Shown here: positions 47,784-57,120 of the stretch, piece after piece
Layout of the letters: each line of letters opens with the position of its first letter
How positions within the stretch are numbered: position 1 is the stretch's first letter
Source: a virus
Strand: one strand, 5' to 3'
Length of the DNA: 64,000 nucleotides
Virus record (IMG/VR): IMGVR_UViG_3300032236_000548
Span: 32,001 to 96,000 of that record
Notes under the pieces: generated by a model
Database searches by the model: none
The model's input: the letters and a program-made list of their open reading frames with translations, nothing else
Told to the model about the DNA's origin: nothing
Translations under genes and position numbers: made by a program

Positions 47784-48392
47784 ATGGAAAAAGATAGCGA
47801 TTGGATGCAAAAACTATGGCGTCCAGCAATGGGATGGATGTACATGTTAATCTGTCTACTAGACATGGCAGTATTCCCAGTACTATGGTCATTGTTACAA
47901 GCAATGACACACATGCCGATTACACAATGGAATCCACTAACCTTACAAGGTGCAGGTTTATTCCATATTGCAATGGGCGCAGTTTTAGGTATTGCGGCTT
48001 TTGGTCGTACACAAGAAAAATTAGCAGGTACTGCCGCTAACCCAACTGCTACATCACAAATAACAACTACCAATACTAACATGAGCGGTGTTCCAGCTGG
48101 CATGTCAGGCGGCTTTGGTGGTGCACCAAGTTTTGGAGGAGCAAGCAATGGCGGATTCGGCGGTAACAACTCATCATTCGGCGGGGCTCCAACATTTGGC
48201 GCTCCTGCGGCAGGAGGCTTCGGTGCTTCCAGCGGTGGTTTTGGGGCAACAACATCTCCAGCACCAGCCGCAAGTGGCTTTGGCGGAAGCGGGTTTGGAG
48301 GCGCACCTACAACAGGTTTCGGTTCAACAACGCCAGCAGTAAACGCAAAAGGTCTAAAGGTTATTCCCCAAGACCCAGATCCAGTTCTATAA
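47784..48392 (+). CDS. putative holin with a long GF-rich tail
   Basis: WRPAMGW.Y...TM...FHIAMGAVLGI.AFGRTQEK, as in the 3-TM gene-transfer-release holin type; adjacent to the lysis genes. Confidence 0.65.
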   Translation: MEKDSDWMQKLWRPAMGWMYMLICLLDMAVFPVLWSLLQAMTHMPITQWNPLTLQGAGLFHIAMGAVLGIAAFGRTQEKLAGTAANPTATSQITTTNTNMSGVPAGMSGGFGGAPSFGGASNGGFGGNNSSFGGAPTFGAPAAGGFGASSGGFGATTSPAPAASGFGGSGFGGAPTTGFGSTTPAVNAKGLKVIPQDPDPVL

Positions 48393-48402
48393 GGAAAATA
48401 TT

Positions 48403-48597
48403 ATGAAAAAGTTTCTAGTTGCATTAAACATTGTAATTTGGTCAATTGTATGTGTTGAATTAGCACATGCAGAGCCTGCTAAAAAACCAGTAGCAGAAAA
48501 GAAGGCGCCAGCTAAGAAAGAAGTTAAAAAACATCAAAAATTCGAAGGCACAAAAGTAGAAGGTACTAAACCAGATACTCCAGCTAAGAAGAAGTAA
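48403..48597 (+). CDS. small secreted Lys-rich protein
   Basis: Signal peptide ending AHA; basic mature part. Confidence 0.7.
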   Translation: MKKFLVALNIVIWSIVCVELAHAEPAKKPVAEKKAPAKKEVKKHQKFEGTKVEGTKPDTPAKKK

Positions 48598-48610
48598 TTA
48601 AGTCAAAAAC

Positions 48611-48639
48611 TTGACTGGCTCCTTATAAGATAGTATAAT
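48611..48639 (+). promoter_or_regulatory. sigma70 promoter inside nested inverted repeats
   Basis: TTGACT (48611-16), 17 nt, TATAAT (48634-39). Confidence 0.75.
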
Positions 48640-48670
48640 TACTATATTATTTGGAGCCTTTTTTACGACC

Positions 48671-49546
48671 ATGACTGATTATTACCAAACACTAGGTGTT
48701 AGCGAAACAGCTAGCCCAGACGAAATTAAAAAAGCCTACAGAAAATTGGCTAATCAGCATCATCCAGACAAGGGTGGAGACCAAGCCAAATTTAAAGATA
48801 TTTCTGTAGCATACGATACACTGAGCGATGCTAACAAAAAAGCCGAATACGATCAACAACGTATGTATGGCAATAGCACACACTCATTCCATTCGGGAGG
48901 CGGATTTGATCCGTTTAGCGGAATGTTCGGTGGCGGTGGAAGTCCGTTCCCGCAAGGTCATCCTTTCAACGACATCTTTAGAGGTATGGGACGCGGTGCT
49001 GGGCAGATGAGAAAGAACAGAGACTTGAATATACAATGTACTATCTCATTTATAGATTCTTATCAAGGTAAACAACTAGAAGCAAACTACAGATTACCAA
49101 GTGGTAAAAATCAAACTGTAGTTATTAATGTTCCAGCTGGTATATTGCACGGAGATACAATTAAGTATCAAGGGTTAGGTGACGATAGTGTTCCTAACAT
49201 ACAGCGTGGTGATCTTAATGTAACTATTCTAGTTCAGCCTGATCCTAAATTTGCCCGTAACGGGGACGACTTATATACAACTATCTTTATTAATCCAATA
49301 GAAGCTATGATTGGTTGTAGGAAAACAATACAAACAATTTCTGGCGGGACAATGGATTTAGATATTCGTGCAGGAGTCGAGCATGGTGTCGAGTTTGCTA
49401 GCAATGGTAACGGATTTACTAATGTAAACACTGGGCGCAAAGGACGATTTGTTACTGTAGTTCATATTAGAACTCCAGCAATTAACGATCCAGCAATAGT
49501 AGCAAGACTGAGAGACATTAATGCCGACATTAGTAACCTTCCCTAA
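48671..49546 (+). CDS. DnaJ/CbpA-type co-chaperone (class B, no Zn finger)
   Basis: J domain with HPD, G/F-rich linker and a DnaJ C-terminal domain (GDL.V.I...P...F.R.GDDL). Confidence 0.92.
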   Translation: MTDYYQTLGVSETASPDEIKKAYRKLANQHHPDKGGDQAKFKDISVAYDTLSDANKKAEYDQQRMYGNSTHSFHSGGGFDPFSGMFGGGGSPFPQGHPFNDIFRGMGRGAGQMRKNRDLNIQCTISFIDSYQGKQLEANYRLPSGKNQTVVINVPAGILHGDTIKYQGLGDDSVPNIQRGDLNVTILVQPDPKFARNGDDLYTTIFINPIEAMIGCRKTIQTISGGTMDLDIRAGVEHGVEFASNGNGFTNVNTGRKGRFVTVVHIRTPAINDPAIVARLRDINADISNLP

Positions 49547-50027
49547 TCAAGTACTTAAACAACAAGCAGAACCTTTTCAATTTGAAACTGAGCAAGATTT
49601 AGAAAATGCTCGTCAACTTGAAATTGATATGGTTAAACTTATGATTGAGAGTAACGGAATTGGGCTTGCCGCAAATCAAGTCGGAATACTCAAAAGAGTA
49701 TTTGCTATACGTTTGCAGGATCAGGTTCCATTTTGTATGTTCAACCCGATAATTGTTTCACACACAGATGATATTGTAGAAGCAGAAGAAGGATGTTTGA
49801 GCTTTCCTAACTTGTGGCTCAAAGTAAAACGTCCTAGTTCAATTACTGCCGAATACTTTGACAGACAAGGAAAAAAGTGTATAATAGAATTGAAGGGAAT
49901 AGATGCTAGATGTTTCCAACATGAATTGGATCATTTGGATGGTGTTTGCTTCACAGATAAAATTAGTCCATTAAAACTAGCATTAGCTAAAAAGAAATTA
50001 CAAAAGAGGAAGAAATTCAATGGTTGA
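49521..50027 (+). CDS. def: peptide deformylase
   Basis: GIGLAANQ, EGCLS and QHELDHLDG. Confidence 0.95.
   Translation: MPTLVTFPNQVLKQQAEPFQFETEQDLENARQLEIDMVKLMIESNGIGLAANQVGILKRVFAIRLQDQVPFCMFNPIIVSHTDDIVEAEEGCLSFPNLWLKVKRPSSITAEYFDRQGKKCIIELKGIDARCFQHELDHLDGVCFTDKISPLKLALAKKKLQKRKKFNG
49858..49885 (+). promoter_or_regulatory. internal sigma70 promoter in def, upstream of clpA
   Basis: TTGACA (49858-63), 16 nt, TATAAT (49880-85). Confidence 0.65.
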
Positions 50028-52290
50028 ACCTAGTGATAACCTACAAGCGGTATTTGAAAAAGCAATTGATACTGCTAAGAAACTACATCACGAATACTTA
50101 ACAATCGAACATTTACTGTTTGCTATGTTAATGGAAGAAGGATTTGCTAATACTGTACAAGGGTTTGGTGCTAATGCTGATAACTTAAAACAAGAACTAG
50201 CAGACTATCTTCAAAACAAATGTGCAGAAATTACCATTGAAGACGTGGTTGTTAAGCCTAAAAAGACACAAGCCGTTGAACGTGTACTCAATCGTGCATT
50301 TACACAAACATTGTTTAATGGACGTCAGCGTATCGAGCCAACAGATGTTTTTCTTGCTATGATTGGCGAAAAACGTAGTTGGGCAAACTACTATATTCAA
50401 AAGGCTAATATTGACAAAGACAAATTTGCCGACTATTTGAATAATACTGTTGAAGAAGGTGAAGAAGAAGCGCCACAAGACAATCAAGGCGAACGTGCTT
50501 TGAAAGCATTTACAACAGACTTGAATGACCAAGTTATTAAGAACAAAGTTGATCCAGTTATCGGTCGAATTGACGAACTAGAAAACATTGCGTTGGCTTT
50601 AGGCCGTCGTAGTAAAAACAACGTAATCCTTGTTGGAGATCCTGGTGTAGGCAAGACGGCTATAGCCGAAGGTTTAGCATACAACATAGTTAAGGGCGCA
50701 GTCCCAGATTTCCTCAAAGATTACAAAGTATTCAGCTTAGATATTTCAGCTATGCTTGCTGGTAGTAAATATCGCGGTGACTTTGAAGAACGTTTTAAAC
50801 ACGTTATTAAAGCATTGCAGAAGAAAGGCAAGACTGTGTTGTTTATTGACGAAGCACACATGATTAGTGGTGCAGGTTCAGCAAGCAATTCAGCTAACGA
50901 CCTTGCTAACATGATGAAACCTGCGTTGTCTAAAGGTAATATTAAAGTTATTGCCTCAACTACTTGGGAAGAATATCGTAAACACTTTGAAAAGGATCGT
51001 GCGTTGATGCGCCGTTTCCAACGCATTACTGTCGACGAGCCTACACAAGAAATGACTGTTAGCATTTTGCAAGGTATTAAGAAATACTACGAACAATACC
51101 ATAATGTCAAAATTCGTAATGATGCTATCCAAGCGGCTGTTAAGCTGTCTGTTAAGTATCAAACAGATAAGAAGCTTCCAGATAAGGCAATTGACTTAAT
51201 TGACGTAGCATGTTCACGCTTTAATTTGAAACTTGCCGATGAACGTATTATCGGCGAACATGAGATTCAATACGAACTTGCTAAAATGATTCAAATGCCA
51301 GAAGAAAAGATTATGGAAACTGAGTCTAGCAACCTTGCCAGCTTACAAGACAACTTGCAAGCAGAAGTATACGGACAAGATCTTGCTCTTACAGAAATTG
51401 TAGACAAGATTATGGTTGCACAAGCTGGTTTGAAATCAGAAAACAAGCCAATTGGTAGTTTTGTATTCATGGGGCCAACTGGTACAGGTAAAACTGAAAC
51501 TGCTAAAGCCCTTGCTAAACACTTGGGTACTAAGTTGCTACGCTTTGATATGAGTGAATATCAAGAAAAGCATAGTATCTCTAAGCTAATTGGTAGCCCT
51601 CCTGGTTATGTTGGCTTTGAAGAGAACGCTGGATTGTTAATTACACAGATTCAAGAGAACCCAAATGCTGTTCTGTTGTTTGACGAAGTAGAAAAGTCAC
51701 ATCCAGATGTAACAACTGTATTGTTACAAATGATGGATAATGGATTTATTACTGGTTCGAATGGTAAGAAAGCTGATTGCCGTAACTTAATCCTTATTCT
51801 AACCACTAACGCTGGCGCACAAGATGCTGAGAAGAACGTTATCGGCTTTGGCACACAGGAAAAAGAGTACAGCGATAAAGACTTGAAGAAGTTCTTTACA
51901 CCAGAGTTCCGCAATCGTTTAGATGGCATCATGACATTTAACAAGTTGGGCAAAGAAACTATGGTTAAGATTGTTGGTAAGTTTATCGACGAACTACGTG
52001 CTCAAGTTAAAGAGAAAGGTGTTAAAGTCAAGCTAGATAAGGAAAGTACTAACTGGCTGATTGCTAAAGGCTTTGATCCTAAGATGGGCGCTCGTCCGTT
52101 ACAACGTGTTATTGACAAGGAAATTAAACGTCCGTTGGCAAAGGCTATGTTGTTTGGGGACTTGAAAGCTGGAGGTACTGCGTCAATTACTGTTGAAAAC
52201 GATCAACTAGTACTTGTATCAACTCCTAAAGAAGTTAAAGTAGCTTTATTAACAGTAGATGCTACTAAAGAGGAGTCGAATGCTGTATAA
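50020..52290 (+). CDS. clpA: ATP-dependent Clp protease ATPase subunit ClpA
   Basis: HEYLTIEHLL N-domain; two AAA+ modules (GDPGVGKT and GPTGTGKT); KYRGDFEER; IGF ClpP-docking loop; no ClpB M-domain. Confidence 0.93.
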   Translation: MVEPSDNLQAVFEKAIDTAKKLHHEYLTIEHLLFAMLMEEGFANTVQGFGANADNLKQELADYLQNKCAEITIEDVVVKPKKTQAVERVLNRAFTQTLFNGRQRIEPTDVFLAMIGEKRSWANYYIQKANIDKDKFADYLNNTVEEGEEEAPQDNQGERALKAFTTDLNDQVIKNKVDPVIGRIDELENIALALGRRSKNNVILVGDPGVGKTAIAEGLAYNIVKGAVPDFLKDYKVFSLDISAMLAGSKYRGDFEERFKHVIKALQKKGKTVLFIDEAHMISGAGSASNSANDLANMMKPALSKGNIKVIASTTWEEYRKHFEKDRALMRRFQRITVDEPTQEMTVSILQGIKKYYEQYHNVKIRNDAIQAAVKLSVKYQTDKKLPDKAIDLIDVACSRFNLKLADERIIGEHEIQYELAKMIQMPEEKIMETESSNLASLQDNLQAEVYGQDLALTEIVDKIMVAQAGLKSENKPIGSFVFMGPTGTGKTETAKALAKHLGTKLLRFDMSEYQEKHSISKLIGSPPGYVGFEENAGLLITQIQENPNAVLLFDEVEKSHPDVTTVLLQMMDNGFITGSNGKKADCRNLILILTTNAGAQDAEKNVIGFGTQEKEYSDKDLKKFFTPEFRNRLDGIMTFNKLGKETMVKIVGKFIDELRAQVKEKGVKVKLDKESTNWLIAKGFDPKMGARPLQRVIDKEIKRPLAKAMLFGDLKAGGTASITVENDQLVLVSTPKEVKVALLTVDATKEESNAV

Positions 52291-52918
52291 AACCACTAAG
52301 CGTCTGTTTAGAGGAATTTATCAGTATAAGATTGTACTGACATGTGCAGGCGCCGGCTATTTTAGAAATGCAGACTTAGACAATGTTGCATTACAATTAG
52401 TCGACGCCGAAGCAATGTTAAAGGATACACGTAAAACTCCTTCGTACAAACTTCAGCACATAAAAACATTAGAAGATCTTGAGTATGCACAAGGGCTACA
52501 CCTGGCCCTTGTCAAGATGCAGGACATGGAAATCCGTGTAGAAAGTCCATGGATTACCATTTACTCTAATAATAAAAAAGATATAGATACACTAGCTAAA
52601 ATAGATAAATCTAAAGTAAAATATATCAGCCAACCTGAAGCAAATACAGCATTAGCCGCTGGGACTATAGTAATGCCCAAGATGGACTACGATTATCGTG
52701 TTACAATGGGTAAAACTAACCAGCCAAACCCTAGTTTCATTGCTTGGGCACAAACAAATAAAAAATGCAAATTAACTAAAAGTTGCATTAGAGATTTAGA
52801 GAAATCGCGTAGTTGGGGCGGCACACATTTTTATATCACGGGTGATAATAACTTACTCTTAGCTAAGATGCATCTGGGCGGTTGCATAGCTAAAGTAGAG
52901 CGCATCGTTAAAAACTAA
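52280..52918 (+). CDS. hypothetical phage protein
   Basis: AGGAG SD before ATG 52280. Confidence 0.75.
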   Translation: MLYKTTKRLFRGIYQYKIVLTCAGAGYFRNADLDNVALQLVDAEAMLKDTRKTPSYKLQHIKTLEDLEYAQGLHLALVKMQDMEIRVESPWITIYSNNKKDIDTLAKIDKSKVKYISQPEANTALAAGTIVMPKMDYDYRVTMGKTNQPNPSFIAWAQTNKKCKLTKSCIRDLEKSRSWGGTHFYITGDNNLLLAKMHLGGCIAKVERIVKN

Positions 52919-52987
52919 AGCCTTTGCAAAAGCGATAAATACTCTAACCGCAGAGATTTCTGCTGAACAGTAAAAACGGGCTTAAAA

Positions 52988-53359
52988 ATGCGTATAAAAG
53001 AACTATTAGAGGGCAAATATTTTGACGATATGAAGTTTGTCAAGCAAGAAGGCGACAAACGCGATATCGACTTTGATTTACCCGATGATCTTATACATTT
53101 CATGCACAACGATGACGATGTTTATCGCCGCCATCTTTTTCCTAAAATAGCACATTGTATCGATCAAGTTAAAGTTAAAAAACCTACAGATTTAGAAATT
53201 TTCAAACCAGCTGTTCAACACAGCTACAAACTATACATTAAAAAGTTTCCTATTCGCGAATTACCTACCGAGCTAGGTGACAAGATGATGGAACGTATTT
53301 GTGGTAAGTTGCACGATGATACCCTTCAAGATATCAAAGACGGTGTTTACAAGGATTAA
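52988..53359 (+). CDS. hypothetical late protein with an MRIKELLE leader
   Basis: GATAAATA at 52934-41; shared N-terminal motif. Confidence 0.78.
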   Translation: MRIKELLEGKYFDDMKFVKQEGDKRDIDFDLPDDLIHFMHNDDDVYRRHLFPKIAHCIDQVKVKKPTDLEIFKPAVQHSYKLYIKKFPIRELPTELGDKMMERICGKLHDDTLQDIKDGVYKD

Positions 53360-53361
53360 TC

Positions 53362-54603
53362 GTGTTACTAAGAGAACTATTCATTAGAGAAAATGTTAAA
53401 CCTGCTGAAACTAAAAAGAAACAAGTAGGCAGAGCATTCAACCACCCTGAAGATTTAACATTCATGAATGGTAGTAAAGGTGCTATTAAAGCACTCGAGC
53501 ACATTAAAAAGATCGGAACAGATTCTAGCGCAGTTCGTTTAAAGTGGGACGGTGCTCCTCAAGTATACTGGGGTTGGAATTGGAATGAACAAACTGGTCA
53601 ACACGAATTTGTAACCGCTAACCATAATGGTTGGTTACGTGGAGGCGGTGGCACTAGTGATGTTAGTGAGTTTACTAACCAACATGGCATTTTTAATTTT
53701 ATTGCTAACCGTAGCGGTAGTGCTAAAACTCCTGAAGAACAACAACAACGTGAAATATTTGCCAAAGAGTTTAGCTTCTTACATCCTGTTTTAGAAAAAG
53801 CAACAAAGCGTCCTAAGAAAGGTAAGAGTTTATTCTTCTATGCTGATGGATTATTCTTACAGCCTCCAAGAGTGGATGCTAACGGTGTTTATAACTTACA
53901 TCCTAATCCAAAAGGTAATACAGTTTATCATATTGCACAAGATACTGAATTAGGTCAGCGTATTAGCAGTGCCAGAGCAATGATGGTAGGTCATGGAATG
54001 TTTACACACTTTGGTGCTCCAGACGAAGCACAACAGGCAGTAGAAGATTTTAGTCCATACATTGACGATAATGTTTCCGATGTTATTATCCTTGGACCAT
54101 ACTATACACAAATTCAACCACAAGTAGATGTTGAAGCAATCAATCAAGTAGAACAAGATATTGCATCACACGGTGCAGAAATTGACAGTTTCCTTGCTCC
54201 GCTTGCTGGTGTAAGTGGATTTAAAAATATAATCTATCGTTATGTAAACACTATGGCTAAAGAAAGTAATTTACATAATGTAGCACATAACTTTATGACA
54301 TGGGCGCAGGCAAACCCTACAGTTGTAAGTGCTAATCAATATCAAAAAATACAAGAACGTTTACAACAATTCCCAGGCGGCTTAACTGCCATGTTTAATC
54401 TGTTTAGCAGTATTATGCAATTAAAGAATCATATACTTGCACAGTTAGATGCAGACCCCGGTGAGATTAAAGTAAGTAATCCAGAAGGTTGGGTACACTA
54501 CGACAAGAAAGGTGACGACCACATTAAGATGGTGCCGCGTCACGATATAGAAACTCCACATGGAACAACTATTCCAGCGTGGGTACCAGGAATGCCAAAA
54601 TGA
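53362..54603 (+). CDS. covalent nucleotidyltransferase (RNA/DNA ligase-fold)-like protein
   Basis: KWDG (motif I), YADG (III-like), PEGWV (IV) and IKMV (V); no OB domain; GTG start, MLLRELFIRE leader. Confidence 0.6.
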   Translation: MLLRELFIRENVKPAETKKKQVGRAFNHPEDLTFMNGSKGAIKALEHIKKIGTDSSAVRLKWDGAPQVYWGWNWNEQTGQHEFVTANHNGWLRGGGGTSDVSEFTNQHGIFNFIANRSGSAKTPEEQQQREIFAKEFSFLHPVLEKATKRPKKGKSLFFYADGLFLQPPRVDANGVYNLHPNPKGNTVYHIAQDTELGQRISSARAMMVGHGMFTHFGAPDEAQQAVEDFSPYIDDNVSDVIILGPYYTQIQPQVDVEAINQVEQDIASHGAEIDSFLAPLAGVSGFKNIIYRYVNTMAKESNLHNVAHNFMTWAQANPTVVSANQYQKIQERLQQFPGGLTAMFNLFSSIMQLKNHILAQLDADPGEIKVSNPEGWVHYDKKGDDHIKMVPRHDIETPHGTTIPAWVPGMPK

Positions 54604-55640
54604 GATTAAGACAATTATTTGAATCAGGTCATGCTAAAGCAGATGCGGCATTTTGCTTTGGACGTTTTAATCCTCCGCATCAAGGTCATGCAGAAGTTTG
54701 GTCAGCAGTTAAAAACTCTGCACATAAATGGTATATTGGCACAAACCCAACTACTATCGGACCTAACGATCCGTTAGCTTTTAATACTAAGACAGCATGG
54801 ATGACTGCCATCGATCCTGAAATTGAAGGACATATATTAGGCGAAACAAGCGTACTTACACTAGCCGCTAGAATTTTTAGCCACTTAGGCGAAGGTGTAA
54901 CTATTGGTTACGTTACAGACGAAACAGACTGGGCGTGGGCCGGTAAGCTATTACATCAGTACAACGGACAAAAGAGTTTACACGGATATTTTAATTTTAA
55001 AGGTATTATTCATATTCCTAGCCCACGAGTTATGAGTGCTACGAAATTACGTGAAGCCGCTCGTGCAGGCAATGAGGAGCTGTTTTATCAATTAGCTGGC
55101 GTAGATCCAGAACTAAAAGTACATGGAAAATCATTCTTTGAAACCGTAGCAGAAGCATGTGGACAACATCCTATTAAAGCTAAAAAAGTTAAGAAAGAAA
55201 AGGCTGTAGTACAAGAATTAAATTCGATTAAATATGCTAATAAGGTATTAAGAGAAATGAAATTAAGAGAATTGTTCAGAGAAGGCAAAGTTACAGATGT
55301 ACATCCAGATCATGATGCTGTACATCAAGGCGGAGTAAGTAGAAGCCGTGACGTTGGAGGGTACGATCGTGTTTACCACATGAATCGTTTGATGATGGCT
55401 ATGGCTATGGCTAACGGTAAAGATACCAAAGCTGTTGATAGCCCAGAATCAACTTGGGTTGAAAAATTTAACACACACCATCCTTATACCAAAGAAGAAC
55501 ATAATATGATTCATTCGGCATTTAAAACTGTGCCAACTGACAAAGAAGAAATTTCTCCGTGGGAGAAAAGCGAAGAACCTAAAGATACAAACATAGTAAG
55601 CCCTGTGGCTAAATCTAAAAAGAACAAATACGGAATCTAA
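54600..55640 (+). CDS. HxGH cytidylyltransferase-like nucleotidyltransferase fused to a second domain
   Basis: FGRFNPPHQGH and MSATKLR; start ATG 54600; in-frame internal start MKLRELFRE at 55257. Confidence 0.8.
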   Translation: MRLRQLFESGHAKADAAFCFGRFNPPHQGHAEVWSAVKNSAHKWYIGTNPTTIGPNDPLAFNTKTAWMTAIDPEIEGHILGETSVLTLAARIFSHLGEGVTIGYVTDETDWAWAGKLLHQYNGQKSLHGYFNFKGIIHIPSPRVMSATKLREAARAGNEELFYQLAGVDPELKVHGKSFFETVAEACGQHPIKAKKVKKEKAVVQELNSIKYANKVLREMKLRELFREGKVTDVHPDHDAVHQGGVSRSRDVGGYDRVYHMNRLMMAMAMANGKDTKAVDSPESTWVEKFNTHHPYTKEEHNMIHSAFKTVPTDKEEISPWEKSEEPKDTNIVSPVAKSKKNKYGI

Positions 55641-55641
55641 C

Positions 55642-56082
55642 ATGGAACACGATAAGTATCATCTAGCACTTAAGACAGCGTTTGCTAGTGAATATGCCTT
55701 TGCTATCAAGGCACAAAACTTTCATTGGAATTGTGAAGGTCCATTATTTTATCAATTGCATTTGTTATTTGAACGTGTTTACGAAGAAGTATATGGTAGC
55801 ATCGATACGTTTGCTGAACAAATTCGTGCATTACAAGTATACACTCCAGCAAGTTTGGAAAAGTTTAGTATGCTATCAGCAGTCAAAGATGAAAACGAAA
55901 TACTAGATTTTGAAAGTATGCTCCGTGAACTACTAGCAGACAGCGATAAAATGGCTGAGATTTTCCGTATTACGTTCGATATGGCTGAACATCACGGAGA
56001 TCATGGACTAAGTAATTTTTTAGCTGATAGACAAGATGCACACAAGAAGCACAGTTGGATGTTAAGAGCGAGCTTGAAGTAA
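55642..56082 (+). CDS. dps: Dps-family ferritin-like protein
   Basis: NFHWN.EG..F..LH.LFE..Y....D..AE.IR and HKK.SWML. Confidence 0.92.
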   Translation: MEHDKYHLALKTAFASEYAFAIKAQNFHWNCEGPLFYQLHLLFERVYEEVYGSIDTFAEQIRALQVYTPASLEKFSMLSAVKDENEILDFESMLRELLADSDKMAEIFRITFDMAEHHGDHGLSNFLADRQDAHKKHSWMLRASLK

Positions 56083-56294
56083 TGGATGATTTAGCACGTC
56101 TTAAGAAGTTAGCCGGTGTTAATGAATTTAAAGGCCTGCAACCTTACGAGCTAGATGGAATAAACATAAGCATTACTGGAACTGAAAAAGCCAAGTTGAT
56201 GCGTGAAAATAATATTAAACCGGGGACACCCGAATGGTTTCAACTATGGTTTAGTAAGCCTTACTTAACTGGTGAGAAACCTGTAGGAAAATAA
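56082..56294 (+). CDS. small hypothetical protein
   Basis: Start ATG 56082 (TAATG coupling); LARLKKLAG and IKPGTPEWF.LWF. Confidence 0.75.
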   Translation: MDDLARLKKLAGVNEFKGLQPYELDGINISITGTEKAKLMRENNIKPGTPEWFQLWFSKPYLTGEKPVGK

Positions 56295-56296
56295 TT

Positions 56297-57091
56297 ATGA
56301 AAATTGAACATTTAATCGGTCTAACTAAAGAGCAATTATTAGAAATGGACAAGAGCCAGAAAGGTGCTCCAGGTTGGAATATTAGTGACGATGAGCCAGG
56401 CGGCAAGGAACATTACGTTAAAGCAGTTAAAGCTAAAGATGTTGTTAAAAGCGCACACAAAGAGCTTAACAAGGCATTTAAAGGTGTGGATAGAAATAAA
56501 GTCGAAAAGCATAGTTATAAAAAGAATGAATTTGATATGAAAGAAAATCATAGAGATGCTTACGAACGTGACTACGATAGTAGCGTGAGTGGATTCGGCC
56601 GTTCAGCTAGAGATTGGGACGAAGGTGATCAAGAACCACCAAACAATTTTGCTATCTACATTAACGGTAAGAAGTGGAAGGTATTCCCTGGAGAAGGGTA
56701 TCACGCAGACGATCATCGCGAGCGCATTCAGCACCAACGACTACGAGATATGTGTGCTAAAAAAACAGCACAATCAGGTAAGAAATGGTCAGTTCATGCT
56801 ACTGGTGAAAATCCAACTTCTGAAAGTGTATCTGAATCAGCTACAGCAGGCGCTACTAGTGCCGCTAACATTGGAACAGTTGATGCACCTCAGTTAAGTC
56901 CAGGTAAAGCACGTGGTAAAAAGAGCTACACAGGTAGTATGTCTAGTGGCTCAGGTACTAAAGCACCTCCACAACCAGTAGTAAAACAACCTAAAAACAA
57001 GGATGGAACAGCTAAAAATGGCCTGGATATTAAAGGCACAAGTCTGTTCGGCGGGCCCGCTAACGAGGGCGCAGTAATCAAAAGACGCTAA
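56297..57091 (+). CDS. hypothetical protein, probably an internal head protein
   Basis: Charged, low-complexity modules separated by hydrophobic-x-E sites (LLE, MKE, VSE). Confidence 0.7.
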   Translation: MKIEHLIGLTKEQLLEMDKSQKGAPGWNISDDEPGGKEHYVKAVKAKDVVKSAHKELNKAFKGVDRNKVEKHSYKKNEFDMKENHRDAYERDYDSSVSGFGRSARDWDEGDQEPPNNFAIYINGKKWKVFPGEGYHADDHRERIQHQRLRDMCAKKTAQSGKKWSVHATGENPTSESVSESATAGATSAANIGTVDAPQLSPGKARGKKSYTGSMSSGSGTKAPPQPVVKQPKNKDGTAKNGLDIKGTSLFGGPANEGAVIKRR

Positions 57092-57120
57092 ATATATAAA
57101 GAGAATAACGGAGTATACTC

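Noticed and set aside
48671-52290. Bacterial chromosome origin suggested by dnaJ, def and clpA
   Set aside because: They are embedded among baseplate, lysis, clamp-loader and T4-like polymerase genes with the same composition and promoter motifs
10119-54599. Track start positions 10119, 12368, 43229, 45545, 52259 and 54579
   Set aside because: They are overextended; SD position, gene coupling and family N-termini favour 10197, 12398, 43277, 45665, 52280 and 54600
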